A stretch of 64,000 nucleotides of DNA, taken from the sequence record KJ019152.1. One strand, given 5' to 3'. Each line of letters begins with the position of its first letter. The stretch's first letter is position 1. Shown here one piece after another: positions 35,941 to 45,572 of this stretch. The notes beneath the pieces are model-generated. The model saw only the letters and a list, made by a program, of their open reading frames with translations, ran no database searches and had not been told where the DNA came from. The position numbers were made by a program, and so were the translations under genes.

Positions 35941-37701
35941 ATGGGAAGGTTATTCGGTTTTTCAATTGAAGAAGACGACATCCAACGCCCTGGATCGATA
36001 AGTCCGGTTCCCGAAAATAACCAGGATGGTGTAGATTACTATGCCTCTGGTGGTGCGTTTGGTTCTTCTTACGTTGATATTGAAGGTGTATTTAGAACAG
36101 AGTATGATCTGATTCGTAGATACAGAGAAATGGCACTCTACCCCGAAGTGGATTGTGCGGTAGAAGATATTGTCAATGAAGCAATTGTTAGTGACCTATA
36201 TGAATCACCAGTTCAGATTGAACTCAGTAATGTAGATGCTAGTGAGAAAGTAAAGAATATTATTCGTGATGAGTTCAAATACATCAAGGAGATGTTGGAC
36301 TTTGATAAGAGAGCACACGAGATTTTCCGTAACTGGTATATCGACGGTCGTATGCACTACCTAAAGGTTATCGACTTCGAGAGACCCCAAGATGGTATTA
36401 TGGATCTACGATATATTGATCCTATGAAGATCAAGTTTGTTCGTAAGATCAATAATAAAGCACAAAATAGTCCCATTGCAAGTAAGGTACTAACACTAAA
36501 CAATACTGGAGCACAGATTCCTAACGGTAGAAACGATGCTTTCAGTGCTGGTATTGATGAGTATTATGTTTATACTCCTGGTGCATCTACTGGTGGTTGT
36601 GGAACTGCGGGTATGGCAGTTGGTAACTCAGCACAATCATCTATCAAGATTGCTAAAGATTCAATTGCCTACTGTAACTCTGGTCTAGTTGATAGGAACG
36701 CACAGACAGTTTTGTCCTGGATTCACAAGGCAATCAAAGCGGCCAATCAACTCCGTATGATTGAAGACTCTATTGTTATCTACAGACTATCAAGAGCACC
36801 AGAAAGAAGAATCTTCTATATTGATGTTGGTAATCTACCCAAAGTAAAGGCAGAGCAATACCTACACCAGGTGATGCAGAGATATAGAAATAAGATGACG
36901 TATAACGCATCTACTGGTGAGATGAAGAGTGATAAGAAAGTACTTTCTATGTTGGAAGACTTCTGGTTGCCTAGAAGAGAAGGTGGTAGAGGAACAGAAA
37001 TCTCTACACTTCCCGGTGGTCAGAACCTAGGTGAGATCAGTGACCTAGAGTATTTTAGGAATAGACTATATGATTCCCTAAACGTACCTCGTTCCAGACA
37101 ACCTGGTTCCAGCGATGGTTTTAGTTTGGGACGTTCCAGTGAAATTCTAAGGGATGAAGTTAAGTTCTCCAAGTTCGTAGCTAGACTCCGTAAGAGATTT
37201 GCTGGTCTATTCAATGATATCCTAAAGACTCAACTGATTCTCAAGAATATCATTACTCCCGAAGATTGGGAGATGTTAAAGGATAACATTCAGTATGATT
37301 TCCTCTATGACAACCATTTTGCCGAACTCAAAGATACTGAACTTATGCAGGAGAGATTCAATCTCCTAGCACAGGCAGAACCTTATATCGGTAAGTATTA
37401 TTCTCAACAGTATATCAGAACTAAAATCCTCCGTCAAACTGACGGTGAGATGGTAGAGGAAGATAAGCAGATTGAGAAAGAGATTGAGAGTGGGGCTATT
37501 CCAGATCCCGCTCTTATTGATCCCATTACTGGGGAACAAATGATTCCTGGTGGTGAATCTTCACCTGTTCCAGGAGAAGATCAACCTCAAGATGGTGTTG
37601 GTGGTAAAGCTGAAATGGGAGCCCCTATTCAAGATAATGATGTAAAGGTTAACATTGATCGGTCTACCAAAATGCCTGAAAAGGGATTAGGTGAAATCTA
37701 A
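35941..37701 (+). CDS. gp20: Portal protein gp20
   Basis: 'LIRRYREMALYPE.D.A.EDIVNEA', 'RLSRAPERRIFYIDVGNLPK.KAEQYL', 'EDFWLPRREGGRGTEI.TLPGGQNLGE'. Confidence 0.99.
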   Translation: MGRLFGFSIEEDDIQRPGSISPVPENNQDGVDYYASGGAFGSSYVDIEGVFRTEYDLIRRYREMALYPEVDCAVEDIVNEAIVSDLYESPVQIELSNVDASEKVKNIIRDEFKYIKEMLDFDKRAHEIFRNWYIDGRMHYLKVIDFERPQDGIMDLRYIDPMKIKFVRKINNKAQNSPIASKVLTLNNTGAQIPNGRNDAFSAGIDEYYVYTPGASTGGCGTAGMAVGNSAQSSIKIAKDSIAYCNSGLVDRNAQTVLSWIHKAIKAANQLRMIEDSIVIYRLSRAPERRIFYIDVGNLPKVKAEQYLHQVMQRYRNKMTYNASTGEMKSDKKVLSMLEDFWLPRREGGRGTEISTLPGGQNLGEISDLEYFRNRLYDSLNVPRSRQPGSSDGFSLGRSSEILRDEVKFSKFVARLRKRFAGLFNDILKTQLILKNIITPEDWEMLKDNIQYDFLYDNHFAELKDTELMQERFNLLAQAEPYIGKYYSQQYIRTKILRQTDGEMVEEDKQIEKEIESGAIPDPALIDPITGEQMIPGGESSPVPGEDQPQDGVGGKAEMGAPIQDNDVKVNIDRSTKMPEKGLGEI

Positions 37702-37705
37702 ACCT

Positions 37706-37713
37706 AATAAATA
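37706..37713 (+). promoter_or_regulatory. Late promoter variant AATAAATA
   Basis: ATAAATA core upstream of the prohead core genes. Confidence 0.6.
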
Positions 37714-37732
37714 AAACATATATCTTTTTATT

Positions 37733-37960
37733 ATGGAAATCGACACATCGGTTGTGGATGCCATTGTGAGTGGTGAAACACCCGCAGGTATTACACAATC
37801 CATTAAGGATCTTCTGTATGCAAAAGCAAGCGAAAGGGTTGATACCTATCGTGATGTAGTAGCAGACAGAATGTTTGGTGGTTCCGAAGTTCCCGAAGGG
37901 GAAACAGAAGAACCAGTAGCCGAACTTGAGAGTGATGAGGAAGGGGTAGAAGAAGAGTGA
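37733..37960 (+). CDS. gp67: Prohead core protein gp67-like
   Basis: Small acidic protein after the portal; 'I.DLLYAKA.ERVD...V...MFG' and Glu-rich tail. Confidence 0.7.
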   Translation: MEIDTSVVDAIVSGETPAGITQSIKDLLYAKASERVDTYRDVVADRMFGGSEVPEGETEEPVAELESDEEGVEEE

Positions 37961-38214
37961 TTAAGATTGTATTCTCCGAGGTTGATAGTCCAACGGACTC
38001 TGACCAGGCAATCAGTCTCAACAACTCTAGTGGTGTTAGGGCAATTAATTGTTCTAAAAAACCATATCTACTCTACCTAATCGATAACATAAGTGGAGAG
38101 ACTAGATCACTTACATTAGTGAGTAATGAAAGTCTTATCCTCAAAAAACACAGTTACGATAAGGTATATGCTTCATCGAAAACTGTTCGTATCGCTGGAG
38201 TAAGCATCTACTAA
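37957..38214 (+). CDS. Conserved small protein between g67 and g21
   Basis: GTG start overlaps the previous stop; beta-rich 85 aa; same position as in other cyanomyoviruses. Confidence 0.7.
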   Translation: MIKIVFSEVDSPTDSDQAISLNNSSGVRAINCSKKPYLLYLIDNISGETRSLTLVSNESLILKKHSYDKVYASSKTVRIAGVSIY

Positions 38215-38215
38215 C

Positions 38216-38866
38216 ATGAAACTAATTACAGAAGAAATTAACAAGGTTGAATTTATTGTCGAAGAAAACAATGGCAAACAGTCATGTTTTATTGAGGGAA
38301 ACTTCCTTCAGGGCAATATTAAAAACCGAAATGGTCGTGTCTATAGAACCGAGACACTAGCTCGTGAAGTTGCTCGTTACAATGAACAGTATGTTCAGAA
38401 CGGACGAGCTCTCGGTGAACTTGGGCATCCTGATGGACCCACAGTTAACTTGGACCGAGTATCACATAACATTATTTCACTTCGTCAAGAGGGAAATAAT
38501 TTCATAGGTAAGGCAAAACTTCTTGATACTCCTATGGGAAATATCGCTAAGAGCCTTATTGGTGAAGGTGTTAAACTTGGAGTTTCTTCTCGTGGTGTTG
38601 GTTCCATTAGTGAAACGAAGCAAGGATATAAGCTTGTTGGTGAAGACTTTATGTTGGCAACCGCAGCTGATATTGTAGCTGATCCTAGTGCCCCAGACGC
38701 TTTTGTTCAGGGTATCATGGAAGGAAAAGAGTGGGTTTTTGTTAATGGACTCTTGAGAGAGAGTGACATTAAGAGCACACAGTCTACAATTGACAAACTA
38801 GTTGTCACAAAGGAACTTGAGGAGAAGAAGATTCAACTTTTTCAAGATTTTCTTTCAAATCTATAA
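38216..38866 (+). CDS. gp21: Prohead protease gp21
   Basis: 'MKLITEE', 'KNRNGRVY', 'ALGELGHPDGPTVNLDRVSH', 'LGVSSRG.GS', 'DIVADPSAPDAFV.GIME'. Confidence 0.98.
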   Translation: MKLITEEINKVEFIVEENNGKQSCFIEGNFLQGNIKNRNGRVYRTETLAREVARYNEQYVQNGRALGELGHPDGPTVNLDRVSHNIISLRQEGNNFIGKAKLLDTPMGNIAKSLIGEGVKLGVSSRGVGSISETKQGYKLVGEDFMLATAADIVADPSAPDAFVQGIMEGKEWVFVNGLLRESDIKSTQSTIDKLVVTKELEEKKIQLFQDFLSNL

Positions 38867-38870
38867 ACTC

Positions 38871-38878
38871 TATAAATA
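38871..38878 (+). promoter_or_regulatory. T4-type late promoter TATAAATA
   Basis: Exact consensus upstream of g22-g23. Confidence 0.85.
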
Positions 38879-38935
38879 AACATAGATTTATATTATATAA
38901 ATTACACTCGTCGGTAGCAACCTATTTTACAAGAC

Positions 38936-40039
38936 ATGGAAAACGTAGTAACGAAAGGTGCTAAGTCGGCTGAGGCTATGGATAAAGTCTCACCCAGCGT
39001 AGTACCCGGACAGTCAATCACCGATCTCGGTGGTCCTACTCCCGAAAACTATACTAATGAGCCTGACGGCTCTGCGAAGCTTAATGACGCCGGTGGTCCC
39101 CTCAAGAAAGTTGAGGATGTGGTCACCAAAGGCGCTAAGAAGTCAGAAGGTATGGAAAAGGCATCCCCAGAACCACCATCTGGTGGAACAACTGATGCCC
39201 GATCCGCTTCTTCACAAGCTGAGAAAGTAACAACCAAACCCCCCGGTCAAACCACTAAGGAAGAGACTGAGGTAGAGGAAGAGGAAGTTCTTATTTCAGA
39301 AATTGATATTGAAGAAGACGTAACTGCACTTCTAAGTGGTGAGGAGCTCTCTGAAGAATTTCAGAGTAAGGCTCGTACCATCTTTGAAGCGGCCATCCGT
39401 AACAAGGTTGCTATCGCTAAAGAAGAACTCCAAGTAGCATACGAAACTCGCCTAGTTGAAGAACTAGAGCTAGTACGTGAGTCAGTCGCTAGTCGAGTTG
39501 ACGCATACTTAGAGTACGTAGCCGATGAGTGGATGGCTGAAAATGCCATCGCCGTCGAACATGGACTAAGAACTGAAATGACAGAGAGCTTTATCTCTGG
39601 CATGAAGCAACTATTTGACAGTCACTATGTTTCAATCCCTGAAGAGAGATTTGATGTAGTAGAGTCCATGGTTGAGAAACTTGATGAAATGGAAGAAAAA
39701 CTCAATGAGCAAATTGAGCGTAACATCACCCTAAACAGCCGTTTAGGTCAAACTGTTGCTGAAGGTATCTTCATAGAAGTATCTGAAGGATTAGCTGAAA
39801 CCCAAAAGGATAAGCTTATCGCCCTTGCTGAAAACGTTGAGTTTGATAGTGAAGCAGGTTATCGTGAGAAACTAGAGAGTCTCAAGGAATCTTATTTCCC
39901 TGGTAGACCCTCAACTATCGCGAGCAGAAACAGTGTAGAGGACCTTACTGAAGAGGTTAACGTTGGTGGGGAAGCCCGTCAGGTTACCGGTTCAATGGCC
40001 GCCTACCTACAGACACTCGATAGAGTTTCTAAAAAGTGA
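38936..40039 (+). CDS. gp22: Prohead core scaffold gp22
   Basis: 'LGGPTPENY', 'ELSEEF..KA.TIFEAA', 'VD.YLEYV.DEW..EN', 'G.LRTE..ESF..G.K.LF'. Confidence 0.96.
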   Translation: MENVVTKGAKSAEAMDKVSPSVVPGQSITDLGGPTPENYTNEPDGSAKLNDAGGPLKKVEDVVTKGAKKSEGMEKASPEPPSGGTTDARSASSQAEKVTTKPPGQTTKEETEVEEEEVLISEIDIEEDVTALLSGEELSEEFQSKARTIFEAAIRNKVAIAKEELQVAYETRLVEELELVRESVASRVDAYLEYVADEWMAENAIAVEHGLRTEMTESFISGMKQLFDSHYVSIPEERFDVVESMVEKLDEMEEKLNEQIERNITLNSRLGQTVAEGIFIEVSEGLAETQKDKLIALAENVEFDSEAGYREKLESLKESYFPGRPSTIASRNSVEDLTEEVNVGGEARQVTGSMAAYLQTLDRVSKK

Positions 40040-40092
40040 ATTCTAAATTATTAGATCAAACAAAACATTTTTAACAATAGGTTTTAAAACAA

Positions 40093-41496
40093 ATGTACAA
40101 TTCCGCAAACTCCGAATTTCTCCAGGAGAAGTGGGCACCAATCCTCGAGCACGGTGAGTCCATCCAGGACGCACACAAGCGTGCCGTAACTGCCCAACTT
40201 CTAGAGAACCAGGAAGTAGCCCTTTCCGAAGAGCGTGCTTTCCTTTCAGAAGCTCCAACAGTAAACACCGACCCTAACGCAACTGGCAACGCTGGTTTCT
40301 CTGGTAATGGTGATCAATCAGTAGCTGGTTTCGATCCAGTACTCATCAGCCTCATCCGTCGTTCAATGCCTAACTTGATGGCATACGACCTTTGTGGTGT
40401 TCAGCCAATGAACGGTCCTACCGGTCTTATCTTCGCGATGAGAAGCCGTTATGACTCTCAGACAGGCGACGAGACCTTCTACAACGAAGTCAACTCTGCC
40501 TTCTCCGCACAGAACCAGTCCGGTACAGCTACTCAGGGTAACTACTCTGGTCAGGTTGGCGCTGGTAACACAGTTGGTTTCGGTACAACCGCACAACGTG
40601 GTTCTAACCCCTCCATCCTCAACCCCGAGCCCGGTGACCAAGTTGGTTACAACGTAGGCCAGGGTATGTTGACCCAGGACGCTGAGAACCTTGGCGAAAC
40701 TGGTACAGAGTTCAATGAGATGGGCTTCTCAATCGAGAAGGTCACCGTAACTGCTAAGTCACGGGCACTCAAGGCTCAGTACAGCATGGAATTGGCTCAG
40801 GATCTCAAAGCGATCCACGGTCTAAACGCCGAAGCTGAACTATCTAACATCCTCGCCTCTGAAATTCTTTCAGAGATCAACAGAGAAGTTGTTAGAACTA
40901 TCTACAAGTCAGCTGTATTCGGTGCTCAGAACAACGTAGCCACTCCTGGTGTATTTGACCTAGACGTTGATTCCAACGGTAGATGGTCAGTTGAGAAGTT
41001 CAAAGGACTTATCTTCCAGATCGAAAGAGACGCTAACGCGATCGCGCAACAAACTCGTAGAGGAAAGGGTAACTTCATCCTTTGTTCCGCGGATGTTGCT
41101 TCAGCTCTAACCATGGCTGGTGTACTTGACTACACCCCAGCACTTAACGCTAACCTTAACGTTGATGACACCGGTAACACCTTCGCAGGTGTTCTACAGG
41201 GTAAGTATAGAGTCTACATTGACCCATACGCAGCTAACGTCAGCAACAACCAGTACTATGTCGCTGGTTACAAAGGTTCCTCACCTTATGACGCTGGTCT
41301 CTTTTATTGCCCCTATGTCCCACTACAGATGGTACGTAGCGTTGGTCAGGACACCTTCCAGCCACGTATCGGATTTAAGACCCGTTACGGCATGGTCGCA
41401 AACCCATTCGCAGAAGGTCTTGAGGCTGGATACGGACGTATCACCCCTAACTCCAACGTCTACTACAGACGCGTTCAAGTCAAAAATCTTATGTGA
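40093..41496 (+). CDS. gp23: Major capsid protein gp23
   Basis: 'EKW.PIL.H', 'FDPVLISLIRRSMPNL.AYD.CGVQPM.GPTGLIFAMR', 'AKSRALKA.YS.ELAQDLKAIHGL.AE', 'PRIGFKTRYG'. Confidence 0.99.
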   Translation: MYNSANSEFLQEKWAPILEHGESIQDAHKRAVTAQLLENQEVALSEERAFLSEAPTVNTDPNATGNAGFSGNGDQSVAGFDPVLISLIRRSMPNLMAYDLCGVQPMNGPTGLIFAMRSRYDSQTGDETFYNEVNSAFSAQNQSGTATQGNYSGQVGAGNTVGFGTTAQRGSNPSILNPEPGDQVGYNVGQGMLTQDAENLGETGTEFNEMGFSIEKVTVTAKSRALKAQYSMELAQDLKAIHGLNAEAELSNILASEILSEINREVVRTIYKSAVFGAQNNVATPGVFDLDVDSNGRWSVEKFKGLIFQIERDANAIAQQTRRGKGNFILCSADVASALTMAGVLDYTPALNANLNVDDTGNTFAGVLQGKYRVYIDPYAANVSNNQYYVAGYKGSSPYDAGLFYCPYVPLQMVRSVGQDTFQPRIGFKTRYGMVANPFAEGLEAGYGRITPNSNVYYRRVQVKNLM

Positions 41497-41535
41497 TCCA
41501 ATAGCTCCGACGAGTTATCACATATGTGTTTCACG

Positions 41536-41559
41536 AGGACCCTTCGGGGTCCTTTTTTT
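41536..41559 (+). terminator. Intrinsic terminator with C(UUCG)G tetraloop after g23
   Basis: AGGACCC-TTCG-GGGTCCT followed by a T-run. Confidence 0.93.
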
Positions 41560-41628
41560 ATGCACTTATAATTGGGAGCAAAGTGGTGATATCCCTACAT
41601 CATGTTGCCGGACGCAAATACTTAATGT

Positions 41629-41669
41629 TATAAATACTAGGAATACATACCTAGTGTATGTGTTATACT
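41629..41669 (+). promoter_or_regulatory. Tandem late (TATAAATA 41629-36) and sigma70-like (TGT-TATACT 41661-69) promoters
   Basis: Both motifs lie upstream of the beta-barrel gene and are separated by an ACATAC/GTATGT inverted repeat. Confidence 0.65.
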
Positions 41670-41696
41670 TAACAGTCCGTATTCGGAGAAGAATTA

Positions 41697-42104
41697 ATGA
41701 GTCTTAAAATGATTGCGCTAGCTAGTCTAGCTGCCCCCGCTGCACTACTAGCAGCACCTTCAGCACAAGCTGAAGTAATCTTTGCTGGCGAACCACAAGA
41801 ACTAAGTGGTTTCTATGTAACCACCGAAGCCAACTCTGGTTGGACCGGTGATGACTACAGAGGATCCATCATTGATGTTCGCGCTGGTTACGAAGCCGCA
41901 CTTACAGACACAATCGACGCATATGTCGAAGTAGGTCCTGCCTTCCTAATGCCTGATGGTAGTGACAACACAACCGAAGTCGGAGCTGAGGTAGGTGCAT
42001 CTATTGCCGCCACCGATCACCTAGAATTCTACGGAGAATTCGAAGTCATCTCTGGTGATCTTAATGATTATGGCACCAAGTTTGGCGCTACATATCGCTT
42101 TTAG
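41697..42104 (+). CDS. Small outer-membrane beta-barrel protein with signal peptide
   Basis: Sec signal ending AQA; alternating beta strands; C-terminal 'GTKFGATYRF' ending in Phe (BAM-type signal). Confidence 0.75.
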   Translation: MSLKMIALASLAAPAALLAAPSAQAEVIFAGEPQELSGFYVTTEANSGWTGDDYRGSIIDVRAGYEAALTDTIDAYVEVGPAFLMPDGSDNTTEVGAEVGASIAATDHLEFYGEFEVISGDLNDYGTKFGATYRF

Positions 42105-42113
42105 TGTTATAAT
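42105..42113 (+). promoter_or_regulatory. Sigma70-like extended -10 (TGT-TATAAT)
   Basis: Directly after the barrel gene stop. Confidence 0.65.
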
Positions 42114-42118
42114 GTAAG

Positions 42119-42169
42119 TAGCTTGGGAAGCTGAGTTACTCACCCCTACCCAAGCGGTGGGGGTTTTTT
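42119..42169 (+). ncRNA. Candidate ~50-nt sRNA or attenuator leader ending in an intrinsic terminator
   Basis: Promoter upstream; 5' hairpin AGCTT-GGG-AAGCT; terminator ACCCCTACC-caagc-GGTGGGGGT plus T-run. Confidence 0.5.
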
Positions 42170-42188
42170 ATTGCCTAGATAAACAACT

Positions 42189-42449
42189 ATGAACGGATCA
42201 TTAGACCCAGACGAAAGAGTGTTGAGTGCTAACTCCAAACTATCAGAAGTACCAGTATCCCTACAAAGGGCTATTGATATTCTTGGTTGGGATGATGTAG
42301 ACGACATTCGTGTAGAGATTGGTGGATGTGCTACTAGTGGTATTCACCAGAAAGAAGACGCAAACCCAAAGTGGTCTCGTGAATTTGGTGATACTGTCTA
42401 TAACAAGGACGCGTTTATTGTTATCAAAAATAGAAGCAGAAGTCAATGA
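42189..42449 (+). CDS. Conserved hypothetical phage protein
   Basis: 86-aa ORF overlapping g3 (ATGA). Confidence 0.75.
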   Translation: MNGSLDPDERVLSANSKLSEVPVSLQRAIDILGWDDVDDIRVEIGGCATSGIHQKEDANPKWSREFGDTVYNKDAFIVIKNRSRSQ

Positions 42450-43027
42450 CCAACATCTACTACAAACAACTAGATAATAGAAACTTTATGAGTCCTATTG
42501 GATTCCAGTTTTCTATTGCTAGATATCCTAAAGTTTCTTTCTTTAGTAATAAAGCAGGACTACCTGAGATTCGTTTGGGTGGGGCAGAACAAGCCAACTA
42601 TCTAAAACAGATTATGCACCCTGGAGACAGGGTAGAGTATGGTGAACTCAATATTGAGTTCCTAGTTGACGAAGATATGTTGAACTATACTCTCATTCAT
42701 AACTGGATTACTGGTTTGGGATTCCCAGAGACTCCCCAACAATTCAAAGATATCACCACCAATCAAAAAGGTGAAGATGATATGAAGATCCAGTATAGTG
42801 ATGGAACACTTGCTATTTTGAATAGTAACTATAATACTATTGCGAAAGTTAAGTTCTGGGATCTATATCCCACTTCACTATCAACTCTTGAGTTCTCTGC
42901 TACAGATGCTGATATCAATTACTTCATTGCAAGTACAACATTCAGTTTCTTGTACTATCAGATCTTGGGTAAGGATAATGAACCCCTAACTCCTGAATTT
43001 GTAAACCAATCATTGAATACTCGATGA
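42446..43027 (+). CDS. gp3: Tail completion / tube terminator gp3
   Basis: 'NRNFMSPIGF.F...YPKV.FF...A.LP.I.LG', 'PGDRVEYG.L...FLVDEDM.NY..IHNWI.GLGFPE'. Confidence 0.93.
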   Translation: MTNIYYKQLDNRNFMSPIGFQFSIARYPKVSFFSNKAGLPEIRLGGAEQANYLKQIMHPGDRVEYGELNIEFLVDEDMLNYTLIHNWITGLGFPETPQQFKDITTNQKGEDDMKIQYSDGTLAILNSNYNTIAKVKFWDLYPTSLSTLEFSATDADINYFIASTTFSFLYYQILGKDNEPLTPEFVNQSLNTR

Positions 43028-43458
43028 ACCTTGATGAACTTCAATCCATGTGGGAGCGTGACTCCAAGATGGATATGGATAACTTACACGATGAATCACT
43101 AAAGATACCCCAACTTCACCAGAAATACTTTACCCTGTATACCACTACCAAACTTCTAAAGAAGAAGGCAGAGGATACTATCAGTAAGGTGAGGTTGGAA
43201 CGCCACAACTACTATAGTGGCAAAGCCCCCGCAGAGGTATATGTGGAGGAACCCTTTCCATATAAGGTAAGGGACAAAGAATCTATGAGTCTACACCTGA
43301 ACGCAGATGAAAAGCTGACGAAGGTGAAGTTGAAAATACAGTATTACGATATGATGTTGGAGTATCTTGAGGATGTCCTCAGGATGATTCATGCACGTGG
43401 ATACCAAATCAAGAACTCAATCGATTTCCTCCGGTTCCAGGCAGGAATGGGAATGTAA
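43024..43458 (+). CDS. uvsY: Recombination mediator UvsY
   Basis: 'W..DS..D...L..ESLKIPQLH.KY', 'RGYQIKN.I.F.RF..G'. Confidence 0.93.
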   Translation: MNLDELQSMWERDSKMDMDNLHDESLKIPQLHQKYFTLYTTTKLLKKKAEDTISKVRLERHNYYSGKAPAEVYVEEPFPYKVRDKESMSLHLNADEKLTKVKLKIQYYDMMLEYLEDVLRMIHARGYQIKNSIDFLRFQAGMGM

Positions 43459-43463
43459 CAACT

Positions 43464-43652
43464 ATGAAACAATACGACTATTCAGTAGATCTCACAATAG
43501 ATGATGTAAAACTCATCCATCATTGTGTAACCAAGAGGATTGAAATGTGGGAGGGTTCTCCTGCACGTCCCCCAGAAGAACAAGAACACTTGTGGGCACT
43601 GAGGGATGGGTTTTTCACTATCATCCTAGAAGAAACATTTAATAGAAAGTAA
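43464..43652 (+). CDS. Small conserved hypothetical protein
   Basis: 62-aa ORF between uvsY and uvsW; 'W.GSPARP.EEQEHL'. Confidence 0.7.
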   Translation: MKQYDYSVDLTIDDVKLIHHCVTKRIEMWEGSPARPPEEQEHLWALRDGFFTIILEETFNRK

Positions 43653-43699
43653 TACTATTTGATGGCATATACATACTAATAGGTTATGCCTATTACATT

Positions 43700-45163
43700 A
43701 TGTCATCTGACTTGACTATAACCAAAGTTAATGAAGTATATTTAAAAGTAGATTGTGACCCTCATATTCAGTATGAGTTGAGGGATGCCTTCTGCTTTGA
43801 AGTTCCTGGTGCTAAATTCCATCCGTCATACAGAAAGAAGTTCTGGGATGGAAATATTCACCTGTTCTCACCACAGACTAGACAACTATACGTAGGTCTA
43901 TTGGATAGACTGATTGCCTTCTGTGATCAGTATGGGTATACGTATGCCTTTAAAGATAATAAGTTCTATGGTCTCCCATATGAGATTAACGAGAACATCT
44001 CCCCAGAAGGGGTTACAGACTGGGTGAAGTCTATTACCAGTTATAAACCCCGTGACTACCAGTTGCATGGTATCTACGCCGCTCTAAGGTCCAATAGGAA
44101 GTTGATTGTATCTCCTACTGCATCTGGTAAGTCATTAATGATCTATGCCTTGGTGGCATACTACACACAGAAACACGAAAATATATTGATTGTTGTTCCT
44201 ACTACATCCCTAGTGGAACAGATGTATAAGGATTTTGCTGACTATGGGTTTGATGTGGGAACGAACTGCCATAAGATATATGCTGGTAGAGAAAACACAA
44301 CAGATAAACAAGTAACTATTACAACCTGGCAGTCTATCTACAAGTTACCTAAGACATACTTTCAGAAGTATAGTGTAGTGATTGGGGATGAAGCACACAA
44401 CTTTAAGTCCAAGTCTCTAGTATCCATTATGAGCAAGTTGTGTGATGCAAAGTATAGATATGGGTTCACAGGTACTTTAGACGGGTCACAGACCCATAAG
44501 TGGGTGTTAGAGGGGTTGTTTGGTCCTTCATACAATACCATCAGAACAAAAGAGTTGATGGAGGCAGGTCATGTTGCTAAACTAGACATCAAAGTTCTTC
44601 TACTAAAACATGATGAACAAATCTTTCCAAGATTTGAGGATGAAATCCAATATCTAATTGGACATGAGAAGAGAAACAAGTTTATCAGTAACTTATCTTT
44701 AGATCTAAAAGGTAACACTCTAGTTCTCTTTGCTAGGGTGGAGAAACACGGAGAGGTCCTCTACAATCTAATAAATAGTAAGGCAGAAGAGGGTAGAAAC
44801 GTCTTCTTCGTTCATGGTGGTGTTGATGTAGAGTCCAGAGAACAGGTACGAACTATTACTGAGAGGGAGAACAATGCTATTATCATTGCCTCTTATGGAG
44901 TTTATAGTACGGGTATTAACATTAAAAACCTACACAACGTTATCTTTGCTTCCCCATCTAAGTCCAGGATCAGGAACCTGCAATCGATTGGTAGGGTACT
45001 GAGAAAGGGAACAAATAAAGATAAGGCAATGTTATATGACATTGCTGATGACTGCACAAAAGGATCAAGAAGAAACTACACACTTAATCATCTTATAGAG
45101 AGGATCAAGATTTACAACAATGAAAAGTTCAATTATGACATAGTAAATATCAATCTAAGGTAA
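43700..45163 (+). CDS. uvsW: RNA-DNA/DNA helicase UvsW
   Basis: SF2 motifs 'SPTASGKS', 'IGDEAH', 'FTGTL', 'QSIGRVLR'. Confidence 0.97.
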   Translation: MSSDLTITKVNEVYLKVDCDPHIQYELRDAFCFEVPGAKFHPSYRKKFWDGNIHLFSPQTRQLYVGLLDRLIAFCDQYGYTYAFKDNKFYGLPYEINENISPEGVTDWVKSITSYKPRDYQLHGIYAALRSNRKLIVSPTASGKSLMIYALVAYYTQKHENILIVVPTTSLVEQMYKDFADYGFDVGTNCHKIYAGRENTTDKQVTITTWQSIYKLPKTYFQKYSVVIGDEAHNFKSKSLVSIMSKLCDAKYRYGFTGTLDGSQTHKWVLEGLFGPSYNTIRTKELMEAGHVAKLDIKVLLLKHDEQIFPRFEDEIQYLIGHEKRNKFISNLSLDLKGNTLVLFARVEKHGEVLYNLINSKAEEGRNVFFVHGGVDVESREQVRTITERENNAIIIASYGVYSTGINIKNLHNVIFASPSKSRIRNLQSIGRVLRKGTNKDKAMLYDIADDCTKGSRRNYTLNHLIERIKIYNNEKFNYDIVNINLR

Positions 45164-45167
45164 TCTT

Positions 45168-45572
45168 ATGAATGAGGTAAGACTAGCAGCAATCAAATTA
45201 GATAGTGGTGAAGAAATTATATGCTATGTCGTAGACGTAGTAGATAGGGGTTTGAATAAGAACCTTATAATTAAAGATCCACTTAAAGTTGAATATGTAG
45301 AAAGTACTAGAAAGAAAGCATATAAATTTACTCCATGGTTTCTACTAACTACAAGTAGGGAACATGAAATAGACATGAATAAGATCTTTGCTATCACAGG
45401 TGTCTATGATGAAGAAGTTAAAAAAGAATACACTAAATCATTTCACTTACAAATTGGACCACATAGTTTCAACCATACCAGTGAAACTGGTTATGTTGGA
45501 TCAGTGAATAGGTTTAGAAAGCTTTTGGAGAAGATCTATAAGGAGGTGCCAAGTTCTCCTGATGAATGCTAA
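45168..45572 (+). CDS. Sm-like-fold hypothetical protein
   Basis: 'IKL.SGEEII', 'PL.V', 'F.PW', 'I' pattern; usual position between uvsW and g55. Confidence 0.7.
   Translation: MNEVRLAAIKLDSGEEIICYVVDVVDRGLNKNLIIKDPLKVEYVESTRKKAYKFTPWFLLTTSREHEIDMNKIFAITGVYDEEVKKEYTKSFHLQIGPHSFNHTSETGYVGSVNRFRKLLEKIYKEVPSSPDEC

Noticed and set aside
41038-41045. HIP1 octamer GCGATCGC in g23
   Set aside because: I noticed a single copy, which is compatible with chance.
41497-41696. tRNA or known structured RNA after g23
   Set aside because: No cloverleaf, T-loop or CCA signature is visible; only a terminator, promoters and short hairpins.
42119-42169. Identification as cyanobacterial sRNA Yfr1
   Set aside because: The size and two-hairpin layout are similar, but the conserved ACUCCUCACAC motif is absent.
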